A program made the translations under genes and the position numbers. A stretch of 64,000 nt of DNA, from positions 1 through 64,000 of the forward strand of contig JBGANF010000014.1 in assembly GCA_044222475.1 (NCBI GenBank). Direction: 5' to 3'. The stretch comes from Polyangiaceae bacterium (GTDB lineage Bacteria > Myxococcota_A > Polyangia > Polyangiales > Polyangiaceae). This document shows positions 1 to 10,831 of this stretch, piece after piece. Below the pieces are notes generated by a model. The model searched no databases. It saw nothing but the letters and a program-made list of their open reading frames with translations, and was not told the origin of the DNA. Position 1 is the first letter of the stretch; each line of letters starts with the position of its first letter.

Positions 1-195
1 ATGCAGTGGAACTTCTGGCTCTCGACGCACTTCTCGGCGTTCGCGGAGCCCGGCGTCGCCTTCGGCACCATCGGCGACTTCGGGCTCGCGCCGCACCTCG
101 CGATTGGAGGGCGTTACAACTTCAACGAGTACTTCGCGATCACGCTGAGGCTCGGGTACCCGCTGAGCACGTTTGGTGTGAGCATCATGTTCTGA
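1..195 (+). CDS. 3' part of a probable outer-membrane beta-barrel protein (likely truncated by window edge)
   Basis: Alternating hydrophobic beta-strand pattern (GGRYNFNEYFAITLRLGYP) and C-terminal Phe; stop at 193-195. Confidence 0.55.
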   Translation: MQWNFWLSTHFSAFAEPGVAFGTIGDFGLAPHLAIGGRYNFNEYFAITLRLGYPLSTFGVSIMF

Positions 196-232
196 TTTTC
201 GGCTGCACCATATTGGCGCCCCGGACTGAAGT

Positions 233-1694
233 CTGACCATTGGTCTCATCTTCTCGCGAGCTTTAGGCCCGCTTCGAGACCAAGCACGAAAGGCTTGAGC
301 CGTTCGAGACCGCGCCCGATCGTGATCGAGCCTGGATTTTCCGTCGATTTGCCCTGAAAGCCGCCCGTCTCTGCGAGCCATCGCACGGCCGTTGCGATCG
401 TGGGCATGTCGTCAGAGATGGTTTCCGTTCGCTTCTTGATCTGTCGCTTCCGAATGCGGAGCGCCACGACTTCGATCTCCGAGAATCCGACCGTTGCCGG
501 TTCGTGAGGACTCGTTCGTGCGAGGTGCTTGAGGCGTTCGGCGCGGGTGGCGACGGCAGCGTGCATCGTCGCCCACCTTACAACGTGATCTCGATGGCGG
601 AGCTGCGTCTCCTCGACGCGACAATGACCCTTCTTCCACGTGCGATGAAACTCCTCGATCCGCCACCGGTACGAGTAGCCGTCGATCACGGCGCGCGCGT
701 CCTCCAGCGTTGCAACGTCGGCGTTCGTAAGGAGCGTCCAGTCGAGAGCCGCGCGATGATCGGGAGCATCGCACTCGCGGACCGAGACGACGTTGACGGT
801 GAAGTTGGTGCGTCGTCGCGCACCTGCGGTGTAGTCGGGCAAGTCGAGGACGACCCTGCCGACACGTATGTCGAGGACGGCGATGTCGACGTCGTCCATC
901 GTCAGGTCGACCATGTGTTGTCCCACGCTGGGATGACGCTTCGCTGCCGTTCGGAGCCGTCGGTCGCGTCCTGCCAGTCGACGATTCTGATTGGAACGCA
1001 CGGTAAATCGTGCGCCTCCACGCTCGAGGGCACGCAGCATGTCTCCCGAATCACCCTCGCGATCGATGAGGACCCATGGCTGGATCGTGTGCTCAGCCAT
1101 GCGCTCTTGAACGCCATCGATGACATCGAGCCAATGTCTCGTCTCGGTCGTCATCGTTCGCCGACGTCGCGCGCGCCCATCCGTCGCACGCTCCTTACGA
1201 GCCCAGAACTGCATGTCGACGAGCCCGAGTGGCGCTCCGTTCGGCTCGATCGCCAGCGCTGTGATCACCTTCAAACCACGCGTCGGAAAGGCTCGTGGGC
1301 CGATGGAGCCGAAGCCCTTTGCTCCGGCGCGATCGGTGAGCGTCAGCGATGAGCCGTCGATCGCGACGTACAGGAACGACTGACTCGCACCCGCCCGCAG
1401 CGTCGCATCCGCGAACGCTGAGACGAGCGCCTCGGGTCGCACACAACCTTCGACGAAGTCGTACGCCGCTTGCCGCGCCGCGGCGTCGACGACGACATCG
1501 CTGATTCGTCCGCCAGGACGGTCAACAAGCTCCGCAAGTATCTTCCTCGCACGGCGAACTCTCCGCTCGTCGCCGAGCTCAGCCGTCCACAGTTGCTCTC
1601 GTGCCCACGCATCCCTTTCGAGGTCCATGCCCTCTCAAAGAGCGACGGCGAGGCTTAATTCCCGCCCGGCGGTCGAGAATGGACCAATGGTCAG
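233..1694 (-). mobile_element. IS4-family (IS50/Tn5-like) insertion sequence, 1462 bp
   Basis: 13-bp perfect terminal inverted repeats CTGACCATTGGTC (233-245) and GACCAATGGTCAG (1682-1694); 9-bp direct repeat GACTGAAGT at 224-232 and 1695-1703; contains a transposase. Confidence 0.93.
246..1628 (-). CDS. IS4 family transposase (Tn5-like)
   Basis: N-terminal WA..AELGDERRVRR Tn5-like DNA-binding region; DDE motifs IDGS and IDREGD; Y..RWRIEEFHRTWK (YREK signature); C-terminal PGSITIGRGL. Confidence 0.93.
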   Translation of the reverse strand: MDLERDAWAREQLWTAELGDERRVRRARKILAELVDRPGGRISDVVVDAAARQAAYDFVEGCVRPEALVSAFADATLRAGASQSFLYVAIDGSSLTLTDRAGAKGFGSIGPRAFPTRGLKVITALAIEPNGAPLGLVDMQFWARKERATDGRARRRRTMTTETRHWLDVIDGVQERMAEHTIQPWVLIDREGDSGDMLRALERGGARFTVRSNQNRRLAGRDRRLRTAAKRHPSVGQHMVDLTMDDVDIAVLDIRVGRVVLDLPDYTAGARRRTNFTVNVVSVRECDAPDHRAALDWTLLTNADVATLEDARAVIDGYSYRWRIEEFHRTWKKGHCRVEETQLRHRDHVVRWATMHAAVATRAERLKHLARTSPHEPATVGFSEIEVVALRIRKRQIKKRTETISDDMPTIATAVRWLAETGGFQGKSTENPGSITIGRGLERLKPFVLGLEAGLKLARR

Positions 1695-1986
1695 GACTGA
1701 AGTCCGGGGCAGCAACGGGCCCGATGCGGACTCGCACAAAGTCCGCCCAGGAGGGCGGACTCTCGATGCAGTGAAGATCCCAAGTTGGTACACCGACGTT
1801 CATGGATCGGAGGCCAATGGTTCGTCGTGGTCGCAGCACCATGAGCCCGCCCTCCTGGGCGGGCTTTGGGTGGGAATGGCACTGAGCCCGTTGCTGCCCC
1901 GGACTTCAGTCCGGGGCGCCCAAATCGGCCCGGACTTCAATCCGGGGCGCCCAGCTCGAGAAGATGATCCGACCGCGAGGCTTCGA

Positions 1987-4900
1987 TCACGGCGCCGACG
2001 CCGCGATCGCCGGCGGCAGCGAAACCCCGAGCTCCCTCGCCCTCGCGACGAGGCGCCGGTGCTCGTGCACGTCGGTGAGGAAGCTCACGCGCCACTCCGG
2101 TTCGTCGATGCCGAGCGTGCGCGCCTCGATCCGCGCGAGCGCTCGCTCGAGCTCGCGGATCGCGGTCGTGCGGTCTCCGCGTTCGAGCATCGAGTCGACG
2201 TAGACCACGCGGATGAGCGCCTCGAACTCTTCGAGCCCGCCGAGCGCCTCGAGCGTCTCGTGCGCCGGCCGAATGAGCTCGGCCGCCCGGTCCCCGTGGC
2301 CGGCGCGTAGCTCCAGGTCGGCGAGCGCGGCCAGCGCCGACGCGTGGATGGGCGGGAGCGGCGTCCCGACCTCCACCGCGCGCTTTGCCGCGGCGAAGGC
2401 CTCCTCCGTGCGTCCGGCTGCGTCGAGCGCGCGCGCGAGGTAGATGCGCCCCGAGCCTTCGAGCCGGCGATCGCCCTGGGTCGCGAAGAAGCCGACCGAC
2501 TTGAGCTGGGTCGCGATCGACTCTTCGATCTCGCCGGCGTCGAGCCGGGCGAGGGCGAGGTTCTGATCGATCAACGCGACGATGCGCGGGAGCCCGAGCG
2601 ACACCGCCACCGCGCGCGCCGGGAGGAACAGCGCGATCGCTTCTTTCCAACGCCCGAGCTCCTGAAGCGCGCAGCCGTTGTTCGTCATCGACACGCACGC
2701 GTTCCGTCGGTCGCCGATGGCCTCGAAGAGACTCGCCGCGTTCGACGTCCAACGACGAAAGCCGGCGGGATCGCTGGCGGCCAACGCTTGGTGACCGCGC
2801 GCTTGGGCGAGGCGCGCGCGGGCACGCGCCGAGTCTGCGATGTCGCATTTCTCGGCGAGCCCGAGCAAGAGCTCGGTGTCCTGCGGTTGGCCGGCGACCG
2901 TGTGTTGGGCGGCGACGCGCGAGAGCGCGACGGCGCGCGCGACCGGGAACGCGTTGGGGTTCTTGTCGTCGATGAGGAGCGAGCGCGCGCGGGCGAGGAC
3001 CTCGAGGTGACCTTGGACGGTCGCCGCCGCCGAGAGCTCGCCGATCGCCGCGTACCAAGTTGGGCTGCTCGGCGAGAGGTTGTCGAGCGCGATCATCGCC
3101 TGATCCTCCGCTTCGGGGAGTCGCGCTCTCCAGCGGAGCGCCTCGGCCGCGTAACGCGCGAGCTCGCCCAGCGCTTCGCCGCGTACGCCGTGCGCGCGTG
3201 CGTCGCGTGCGAGCCGGACCGCGAGATCGAGATCGTTCGCGTCGAGCGCGTGCTTCGCCGCGCGTCGCAGGTGGGGGATGGCTCGCTGGTAGGCGCCGCC
3301 GCGCTCGAAGTGGTCGGCGATGAGGAGATCGTCGCGTTCACCGCGCGCTTCGAGCCACTCGGCGGCGAGCGCGTGACCCAGCATGCGGTCCTCGTCGGTG
3401 AGCATCGCGTACGCCGCTTCTCGGACGTAGGAGTGGCGGAAGATCCACTCTTCGTCGCCCTCGAAGCGCGACGTGGGCGACGACGAGACGACCTCGCGAT
3501 CACGAAGCTCGCGCAGGAGGGTCGCGGGGCGGGCCATGCCGCCGAGGAGCGATTGCACGGCCCCGGTCCAGAACGTCATCCCGAAGATCGCCGCCGCGCG
3601 GAGCGCGCGCCGCGTCGCTTCGTCGAAGCTCTCGAGACGGCGTTGCACGATCGCCTGCACCGTCTCCGGTGCGTCGCCGCGTTCGCCTTCGGCGTACGCG
3701 CGCATCATCTCTTCGAGGAAGAACGCGTTGCCGGCCGCGCGTGCGACCAGCGCTTGGACCGCTTCGTCGCTCGCGCCCTCGCCAAGGACGCTCTTCACGA
3801 GCTCGGTCGCGGCGTTCTTTCCGAGCTCACGCAGGCGACGCTCGAGCAGATCGCGACCTTCCCAGAGGCTGGGGAAGTTCGTGCGCACCTCGGGTCGGGC
3901 GAAGGCGAGGACGAACAGCGGTGCGTCGCGGAGCGCGTCGAGCGCGGCGTCCACGAGACGAACGCTCGCGGCGTCGGCCCACTGAAGGTCGTCGACCACG
4001 CATACGAGCGGCGCCGCTTGCGTCTCGAAGCGGAGCCAATCGGTGAACGCGGCGCGCACCTGATCGCTCATCAGCATCGGGTCGTCGCGGGCGGCAGCCA
4101 GCGGGATGCTCAGCGCGTCGTCTCCGCTGACGCCGGCGATCTCGGAGAGGAAGTCGGTGAGGCGTTGCACGTCTTCGGCGGGTGCCAGCGCCAGGGCACG
4201 CGCCGCGATGCGCCCGCGAGCGCGCGCCGGCGTGTCGCCCGGTGTGACTCCGGTCGCTTCGCGGATCCATTGGGCCGCGAGCGCGAGCGGCGCACCCGAC
4301 GTCATCGCATCGCCGCGCGAAAGGACGACCTGCGGCACGCGCTCGCGTCGGTACAAACGCTCGAGCCACTCGTACCGGAGTCGTGACTTGCCGACGCCGC
4401 TCGGACCGACGAAGAGCGCGACCCGCGCGCGCCCTTCGTCGACGCACTCGTCGAAGAGCGAGTCGAGCTCGTCGAGCTCGCGGTCGCGGCCGACGCACGG
4501 CGTCGGCTTGCCGAGGAGCGTGCGCGGCGCGACCTCGGAGCGGGAGAGCTCGCGCCTCACGACGAGCACGTCACCGGTGGTGTCCACCTCGAAATCGCCG
4601 CCGAGAAGCCCGACGGTGATCGGACCCGCGGCGAGCTCGCCCGGCTTGCTCGACTTCGCGATCGCGATCGCGGTGTCCACCGCCTCGCCGATGATTCGCT
4701 GCGCGACCTCCGCGCGGCCGGTCGCGACGGCGAGGCGTACGTCGGGCATCGCCTCCGCGAGGTCGAGGCCGAAGCGCGTCGCTCGGGCGGCCTGCTCGCC
4801 CGCTCCGCCGGTCGTCGCGAACACGGCGAGGACCGACGGGCCGAGGAACTCGACGTGGGCGCCGTACCGCGTGGCGAGCGCGCGAACGACGCCGGCCGTC

Positions 4901-5871
4901 TCGGGGTCGGTCACCGATTGGGTACCGTGCAACGTGCCGTCGGCGTCCAGGAGGTCGGGGTGACTCGTGACCACCACGCTCACGAGTCGGCGCTCGCGGC
5001 TCGTCAGCACGCGCTCGGCGGGAGGCCGCGTGCTCGGAGAGCCCTTCGGGTGCCCGATCGATCGAAGCGCTTTCACGACCTCGCTCGCCTTCGGTCGCGC
5101 CGCGGGATCCTTCGTGAGCATGGCGACCACGAGAGCGTCGAGCGCGGGCGGAAGGTCGGTCACGAGCTCCGAGGGTCGTGCCGGTTCGTCGAAGAGGACG
5201 CGGGCGAGCGTTCCGACGACGTCGGGGGCGTGGAACGGCGCGTGACCGGTGAGGCACTTGTAGAGGAGGCAACCCAACGCGAACACGTCGGCCGCGCCCT
5301 CGGCCTTGCCGCGCGTCTGCTCCGGAGCCATGTACCCCGGCGTACCGAGGAGGACGCCGCTCGCGCTCTGGAAGTCGTTGGCGGGATCCGCGCCGTCGTC
5401 GAGCATGCGCACCAGCCCGAAGTCGACGAGCTTCGGACGGCCGATCGCACCGCCGTCGAGGAATACGTTCGACGGTTTGACGTCGCGATGAATCGCGCCG
5501 CGCGCGTGGATGTGCTCGAGGGCTTCCGCGAGGCCGCGACCGAGCTCCACGACCTCCGCGATGGTGAGCTGCCCGCGCGCGAGGCGACGGCGCAGGTCTT
5601 CGCCCTCGAGCCACTCCATCACGAGGAACGCGCGGTCGTCGGCGGCTCCGTGGCTCACGTGGGCCACCACTCCGTGGTGATCGAGTCGCTCGAGCGCGCG
5701 CACCTCGCGCGCGAAGCGCGAGGGCCCTTCGGGGATGTTCGGCCGGAGGACCTTGACGGCTACGACGCGACCGCGTTGCAGGTCGGAGGCGCGATAGACC
5801 TCGCCCATCGCGCCTGCGCCTACCCTCGCTTCGATGCGGAATCGCCCCGCGATCGTCGCGCCCACGTCCAT
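1987..5871 (-). CDS. Ser/Thr protein kinase with degenerate cyclase-like, AAA+ (STAND-like) ATPase and TPR domains
   Basis: GAGAMGEVY, VAVK, HRDVKPSN, DFG, GTPGYMAPE; Walker A GPSGVGKS, Walker B VVDD; helical repeats at C-terminus; start taken as ATG 5871 (MDVGATIAG). Confidence 0.9.
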   Translation of the reverse strand: MDVGATIAGRFRIEARVGAGAMGEVYRASDLQRGRVVAVKVLRPNIPEGPSRFAREVRALERLDHHGVVAHVSHGAADDRAFLVMEWLEGEDLRRRLARGQLTIAEVVELGRGLAEALEHIHARGAIHRDVKPSNVFLDGGAIGRPKLVDFGLVRMLDDGADPANDFQSASGVLLGTPGYMAPEQTRGKAEGAADVFALGCLLYKCLTGHAPFHAPDVVGTLARVLFDEPARPSELVTDLPPALDALVVAMLTKDPAARPKASEVVKALRSIGHPKGSPSTRPPAERVLTSRERRLVSVVVTSHPDLLDADGTLHGTQSVTDPETAGVVRALATRYGAHVEFLGPSVLAVFATTGGAGEQAARATRFGLDLAEAMPDVRLAVATGRAEVAQRIIGEAVDTAIAIAKSSKPGELAAGPITVGLLGGDFEVDTTGDVLVVRRELSRSEVAPRTLLGKPTPCVGRDRELDELDSLFDECVDEGRARVALFVGPSGVGKSRLRYEWLERLYRRERVPQVVLSRGDAMTSGAPLALAAQWIREATGVTPGDTPARARGRIAARALALAPAEDVQRLTDFLSEIAGVSGDDALSIPLAAARDDPMLMSDQVRAAFTDWLRFETQAAPLVCVVDDLQWADAASVRLVDAALDALRDAPLFVLAFARPEVRTNFPSLWEGRDLLERRLRELGKNAATELVKSVLGEGASDEAVQALVARAAGNAFFLEEMMRAYAEGERGDAPETVQAIVQRRLESFDEATRRALRAAAIFGMTFWTGAVQSLLGGMARPATLLRELRDREVVSSSPTSRFEGDEEWIFRHSYVREAAYAMLTDEDRMLGHALAAEWLEARGERDDLLIADHFERGGAYQRAIPHLRRAAKHALDANDLDLAVRLARDARAHGVRGEALGELARYAAEALRWRARLPEAEDQAMIALDNLSPSSPTWYAAIGELSAAATVQGHLEVLARARSLLIDDKNPNAFPVARAVALSRVAAQHTVAGQPQDTELLLGLAEKCDIADSARARARLAQARGHQALAASDPAGFRRWTSNAASLFEAIGDRRNACVSMTNNGCALQELGRWKEAIALFLPARAVAVSLGLPRIVALIDQNLALARLDAGEIEESIATQLKSVGFFATQGDRRLEGSGRIYLARALDAAGRTEEAFAAAKRAVEVGTPLPPIHASALAALADLELRAGHGDRAAELIRPAHETLEALGGLEEFEALIRVVYVDSMLERGDRTTAIRELERALARIEARTLGIDEPEWRVSFLTDVHEHRRLVARARELGVSLPPAIAASAP

Positions 5872-5875
5872 CCCC

Positions 5876-8800
5876 TCAGGGTACCCCATCCGCGAGGGTT
5901 CGAGCGATGGCATCGGGGATCGGCACGCCTTCCGCACGGGCCGAGTCGAGCAGGCGTCGGTTGATCGCGACCGCCCCGAGGAAGCTACGGCGCAGGTCCG
6001 GCTCGTCGATCCCGGAGAGTCGCTCCGCGAGGCGCTCGAGGGCACGGGCGAGATCCTTTCGAGCGGCTGCGTGATCGCCGCGGTGAAGCGCGACGTCGGC
6101 GTGGACCAGGCGGACGAGGGTCTCGCACTCCTCGAGACCACCGAGGGACTCGAGCGTCGCGTAGGCGGCCTCGATGAGAGGGCCCGCGACCGCCACGTCG
6201 CCGTGGTGGAGCTCGAGCTCGGCGAGCGTCGCCTGGGCCGCCGCGTGAGCCGGGGGCAGCACGTCGCTCACCTTCACCGCGCGCCGCGCCTCGTCGAACG
6301 CCTCGTCGATGGAGCCGGAGGCACGGAGAGACCACGAGAGGTAGATGCGCGAGAACGCTTCGAGGCGCCGGTCACCTTGCGAGCTGAAGAACTCGACCGC
6401 GGTGCGCTGAATCGAGGTCGATCGCTCGAGGTCACCCTGCTCGAAGTACACGAGCGCGATGTTCTGATCGAGCAGCGCGACGAGTCGCTTCAAGCCGAGC
6501 GTGACCCCGGCGGCGCGCGCCGGGAGGTACACCTCGAGTGCTCGATCGGGCCGCCCCAGTGCTTGGATCGCGGATCCGAGGTTCACCGATTGAACGCAGA
6601 CGTTGCGTCGATCGCCGATCGTCTCGAAGAGCCGGCGCGCTTCGAACGTCTCGCGGCGATACACCGCGGGGTCGCTCGCGTGGAGGGCGCGGAACCCGCG
6701 CGCCTGCGCGACGCGCGCCTGGGCGGTGGCGGAGCCTTGGGTGTCCGCGGTTTCGGCGAGGACGATCAGGCGATCGGCGTCCCGAGGCTTCCCTGCCACG
6801 ACGAGCTGGCCCGACACGCGTGCGAGCGCCACGACGCGGGCGGACGAGAACGCGAGCGGAGACGCGTCGTCGATGAGCGCCTGCTTCACGCGGAGGAGCT
6901 CGTCGACGTGCCCCTGCACGGTGGCGGCGGTCGCGAGCTCGCCAAGCGCGGCGTACCAATTCGGCGTGCTCGGGCGGAGCTCGGCGACGGCGACCGTCGC
7001 GTACTTCATCGACTCCTCGAGCCGCGCGCGCCATCGGAGCGCTTCGGCTGCGTAGCGGCACATCTCGCCGAGCGCCTCGCCCGTCGCGCCGGCTTCGCGA
7101 CCGCGCTCGGCGATCTGAACCACGAGCTCGAGATCGTTGGCGTCGAGCGCTTGCTTCGCTGCGCGCCGAAGGTGCGGAATCGTTCGCGCCGGTCGCCCGC
7201 CGCGGGCGAAGTGATCGGCGAGGAGGAGCGCGTCGCGCTCCTGATGGGTCTCGAGCCACTCGCCGGCAAGGCGGTGTCCGAGCGCACGATCCTCGTCGGT
7301 CGACATCGCGTAGGCCGCTCGCGGAGCTCGCGTAGGACTTGTCCCGATTTGGTATCACCACCGAGCAGCGCGTCCACGGCGGTCGTCCAGAAGCTCATGC
7401 CGAAGATCGCCGCGGCTCGCAGCGCCCGGCGGGTGGGCTCGGCGAAGGTCTCGAGCCGTCGTTGCACGACGGCTTGCACCGTCTCGGGAGCGTCCGCGCC
7501 GTGGCCCTCGGCGTGCGCGCGCAGCATCTCTTCGAGGAAAAACGCGTTTCCCGCCGCGCGCTTCACGAGAGCGTCGATCTCGGTGGCGCTCGCCTCGTCG
7601 CCGAGGACGGCTCGCGCGAGCGTCGTCGCCGCAGAGCTGGCGAGCTCGGGCAATCGGCGCTTGGTCAGTGTTCGTCCCTCCCAGAGCGAGGGGAAGGTGG
7701 TGTCGAGCTCGGGTCGCGCGAGGGCGAACACGAACAGCGGCTCGTCGCGGAGGACGTCGAGCGCGGCGTCGACGAGGCGGACGCTCGCGGCGTCGCCCCA
7801 GTGGAGATCGTCGACGACGCAGACGAAGGGACCGGCGGCGGTCTCCCATCGCAGCCAATCGGTGAACGCGGAGCGCAGCTGGTCGCTCATCAGCATCGGA
7901 TCGATCCGCGCGGCGGTGAGCTGGATGCTGACGCCGCCGTCCGGGTTCGCGCCCGCGATCTCGGAGAGGAAGTCGGTGAGGCGCGCGACCTCGCTCGGCG
8001 GTGCGATCGCGGCGACGCGCGCGGCGATGCGCGCGCGGGCGAGGGACGACCCCTCGCTGGGTGAGATCGCCGCGGTCTCGCGGATCCACTGCGCCGCGAG
8101 CGCGAGCGGTGCGCTGCCGGTCATGGCGTCGCAACGCGCCATGACGACCCGCGGCGCGTTCTCTCTCGCTGCGACGCGGGCGAGCCACTCGAAGCGAAGG
8201 CGCGATTTCCCGGTGCCGCTGGGGGCGACGACGATCGCGACCTCGGCGCGGGGCTGCGCGATGCAGTCGTCGAGGAGCGCCGTCAGATCGGAGAGCTCGC
8301 GATCGCGGCCGACGCACGGCGTGGGCTTGCCGAGGAGCGTCCGCGGCGCGACCTCGCCGCGCGGCAGCGCGCGCTCGATCACGAGGCCGCCGGGCTTCTC
8401 CGCGACGTCGAACGCGGCGCCGAGCAGCCCGACGGTGATCGCGTCGGACGACAGCTTGCCCGGGGTCCCCGACCGCGCGATCGCCACCGCGGCCTCCACG
8501 GCGTCGCCGACGACGCGCTGCGCGACCTCGGCGCGTCCGGTCGCCACCGCGATCGGCGTGTCGGGGAGGACCTCGGCGAGCTCCAGTCCGAGCCGCGCTG
8601 CGCGACCCGCTTGCTCGGTCGCACCTCCGCGGTCGGCGAAGACCGCGAGGATCGAGAGGCCGAGGAACTCGACGTGTGCGCCGTAGCGCTCGGTCAGCGC
8701 GCGGACGCGATCGAGGATCTCGGGGGAGGCGCCGCTCTTCGTTCCGAGGAGCGTCTCCTCACCGTCGTCGGTGGAGCCGCGGTACGCGAGGACGACGCTC

Positions 8801-9684
8801 ACGATGCGCCGCTCGCGCGTGGTGAGGGACTTCGGCGAGCTCGATGGCCGCAGGTCACCCTTGCGACCATCGAGCGCGCGAAGCGTCTGCGCGACCTCCG
8901 CGGCGCTCGGGCGTGCGGTCGGCTCCTTGGCGAGCATGTGGAGGACGAGCGCGTCGAGCTCAGGTGGGATGCCGGTCACCGTCGTCGACGGAGGGGCCGC
9001 CTCGTCGAACAACACGCGGGCGAGCGTGCCGACCATGTCCGGCGCTTGGAACGGCGCGTGGCCGGTGAGGCACTTGTAGAGCAGACAACCGAGACCGAAC
9101 ACGTCGGCCGCGATCCCCGCGTTGCCGCGCGCTTGCTCGGGAGCCATGTAGCCCGGAGTCCCGACGAGCACGCCGCTCGAGCTCTCGAAGTCGTTCGCGG
9201 CGGCGTCGCCCTCGTCGATGAGGCGCGCGAGCCCGAAGTCGACGAGCTTGGGTCGATCGACCGCGCCGACCTCGAGGATCACGTTCGCCGGTTTGACGTC
9301 ACGATGAACGGTGCCGCGTGCGTGCACGTGAGCGAGCGCATCGGCGAGCTCGCGCCCGAGCTGGACGACGTCGGAGACGGAGAGCCGCTCTCGCCCGAGG
9401 CGCGCACGCAGGTCTTCACCCTCGAGCCACTCCATCGCGAGGAACGGCAGCGCTCCGTCTCCATGGGCGACGTGCCCGACCACGTTGGGGTGGGCGAGGC
9501 GCTCGAGTGCCCGGATCTCGCGCGCGAAGCGCGATCGCCCATCGGGCACGTTTGCCCGCAGGATCTTGAGGGCCACGGTGCGCCCGAGCGTCAGGTCCTT
9601 GGCCCGGAACACCTCCCCCATCGCCCCGGCGCCGACGCGCGCCTCGATGCGGAAGCGCCCCTCGACCATGGCGCCAGCGTCCAT
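5876..9684 (-). pseudogene. Paralogous kinase-AAA-TPR gene, frameshifted by an internal deletion near 7315
   Basis: ORF 7006-9693 gives the kinase and AAA part, ORF 5876-7306 the TPR part; relative to the neighbouring paralog about 27 codons between LRELR and AAYAM are missing and the frame shifts; may be an assembly error. Confidence 0.8.
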
Positions 9685-9737
9685 TCCTCTCAAGGTACCT
9701 CAACTCGATGCCGTCCGCGCGGTGCTACTCTCGCGCC

Positions 9738-10571
9738 GTGCGCCAGGTGCTGCGAGGCGATTGTCTGGAGGTGCTGCCGCGCCTGGCCGATGCGTACGGC
9801 GCGTTCGCGCGGCTCGTGTACGTCGATCCGCCGTTCAACACCGGAGGGGTGCAGAAACGCGATAGAATGCGGGTCGCGCGCGCGCCTGCGGGATCGCGCA
9901 CCGGGTTCCACGGCGAGCGCTACGCGGTCACGCGGGTGAAGAGCGCCTCGTACGGCGACCGATACGACGACTACGTCGGGTTCCTGCTGCCGCGGATCGA
10001 AGCCGCGCTCCCGTGCATGACGAAGGACGCCTCGATCTTCGTCCACCTCGACGGGCGCGAGGTCCACTACGTGAAGGTCGCGCTCGATGCGCTCTTCGGA
10101 CGCGACGCGTTCATGAACGAGATCATCTGGGCGTACGACTACGGCGGTCGCTCGCGTGATCGGTGGCCGAAGAAGCACGACACGATCCTCTGGTACGCGC
10201 GCTCGCCGAAGAAGCACGTGTTCGAGTACGACGCGATCGACCGCATCCCCTACATGGCGCCGAAGCTCGTGACGAAGGAGAAGGCGGCGCGGGGAAAGAC
10301 TCCGACCGACGTGTGGTGGAACACGATCGTCCCGACGACGTCGAAGGAGAAGACGGGATACCCGACGCAGAAGCCGCTCGCGATCGTCGAGCGGATCGTG
10401 AAGGTGCACTCGAAGCCCGGGGACGTGGTCCTCGACTTCTTCGCCGGCAGCGGGACGGCGGGCGAAGCGGCGGCCAAACACGGGCGGGGGTGGGTCCTCG
10501 TCGACTCCAGCGCGGCCGCGGTGAAGGTGATGAAGGAGCGGCTCGCGCGCTATACTGAGGGCTCGAGATGA
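9738..10571 (+). CDS. Orphan N6-adenine/N4-cytosine DNA methyltransferase (beta class)
   Basis: Motif IV DPPF precedes motif I DFFAGSGT; GDCL at N-terminus; YPTQKP; GTG start at 9738. Confidence 0.9.
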   Translation: MRQVLRGDCLEVLPRLADAYGAFARLVYVDPPFNTGGVQKRDRMRVARAPAGSRTGFHGERYAVTRVKSASYGDRYDDYVGFLLPRIEAALPCMTKDASIFVHLDGREVHYVKVALDALFGRDAFMNEIIWAYDYGGRSRDRWPKKHDTILWYARSPKKHVFEYDAIDRIPYMAPKLVTKEKAARGKTPTDVWWNTIVPTTSKEKTGYPTQKPLAIVERIVKVHSKPGDVVLDFFAGSGTAGEAAAKHGRGWVLVDSSAAAVKVMKERLARYTEGSR

Positions 10572-10828
10572 GCCAACTCCCCATCAAGATGTACGCGAAG
10601 GACTACTGCATCTTCTGCTGGCGGGCGAAGCGCCTCCTGAAGAAGCGCGGGCTCGACTTCGAGCTCATCGACGCGACGGACAAACCGGATCTTCGCAAGT
10701 GGCTCGCCGAGAAGACGGGGCGAAACACGGTGCCTCAGATCTGGATCGGCGAGACGCACGTCGGCGGGTTCGACGATCTCGCGGCGCTCGACGGCCGCGG
10801 CGAGCTGATGAAGCTGGCGATGGGCTGA
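10568..10828 (+). CDS. grxC: Glutaredoxin (Grx3-like)
   Basis: CIFC active site, TVPQIWI, VGGFDDL; ATGA overlap with the MTase stop. Confidence 0.85.
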   Translation: MSQLPIKMYAKDYCIFCWRAKRLLKKRGLDFELIDATDKPDLRKWLAEKTGRNTVPQIWIGETHVGGFDDLAALDGRGELMKLAMG

Positions 10829-10831
10829 GGC

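Larger units (their letters stand above)
215..1951. repeat. Composite REP-like palindrome cluster (BIME/REPIN-like), interrupted by the IS4
   Basis: With the IS removed, 215-232 plus 1704-1720 give GGCGCCCCGGACTGAAGTCCGGGGCAGCAACGGGC, the exact 35-bp reverse complement of 1886-1920; inner inverted pair at 1738-1761 and 1844-1867; third degenerate copy at 1928-1951. Confidence 0.85.

Noticed and set aside
5872..6141. N-terminal extension of the 1384-aa kinase ORF
   Set aside because: Overlaps the upstream paralogue's 3' end; the kinase domain and -10 box point to ATG 5871
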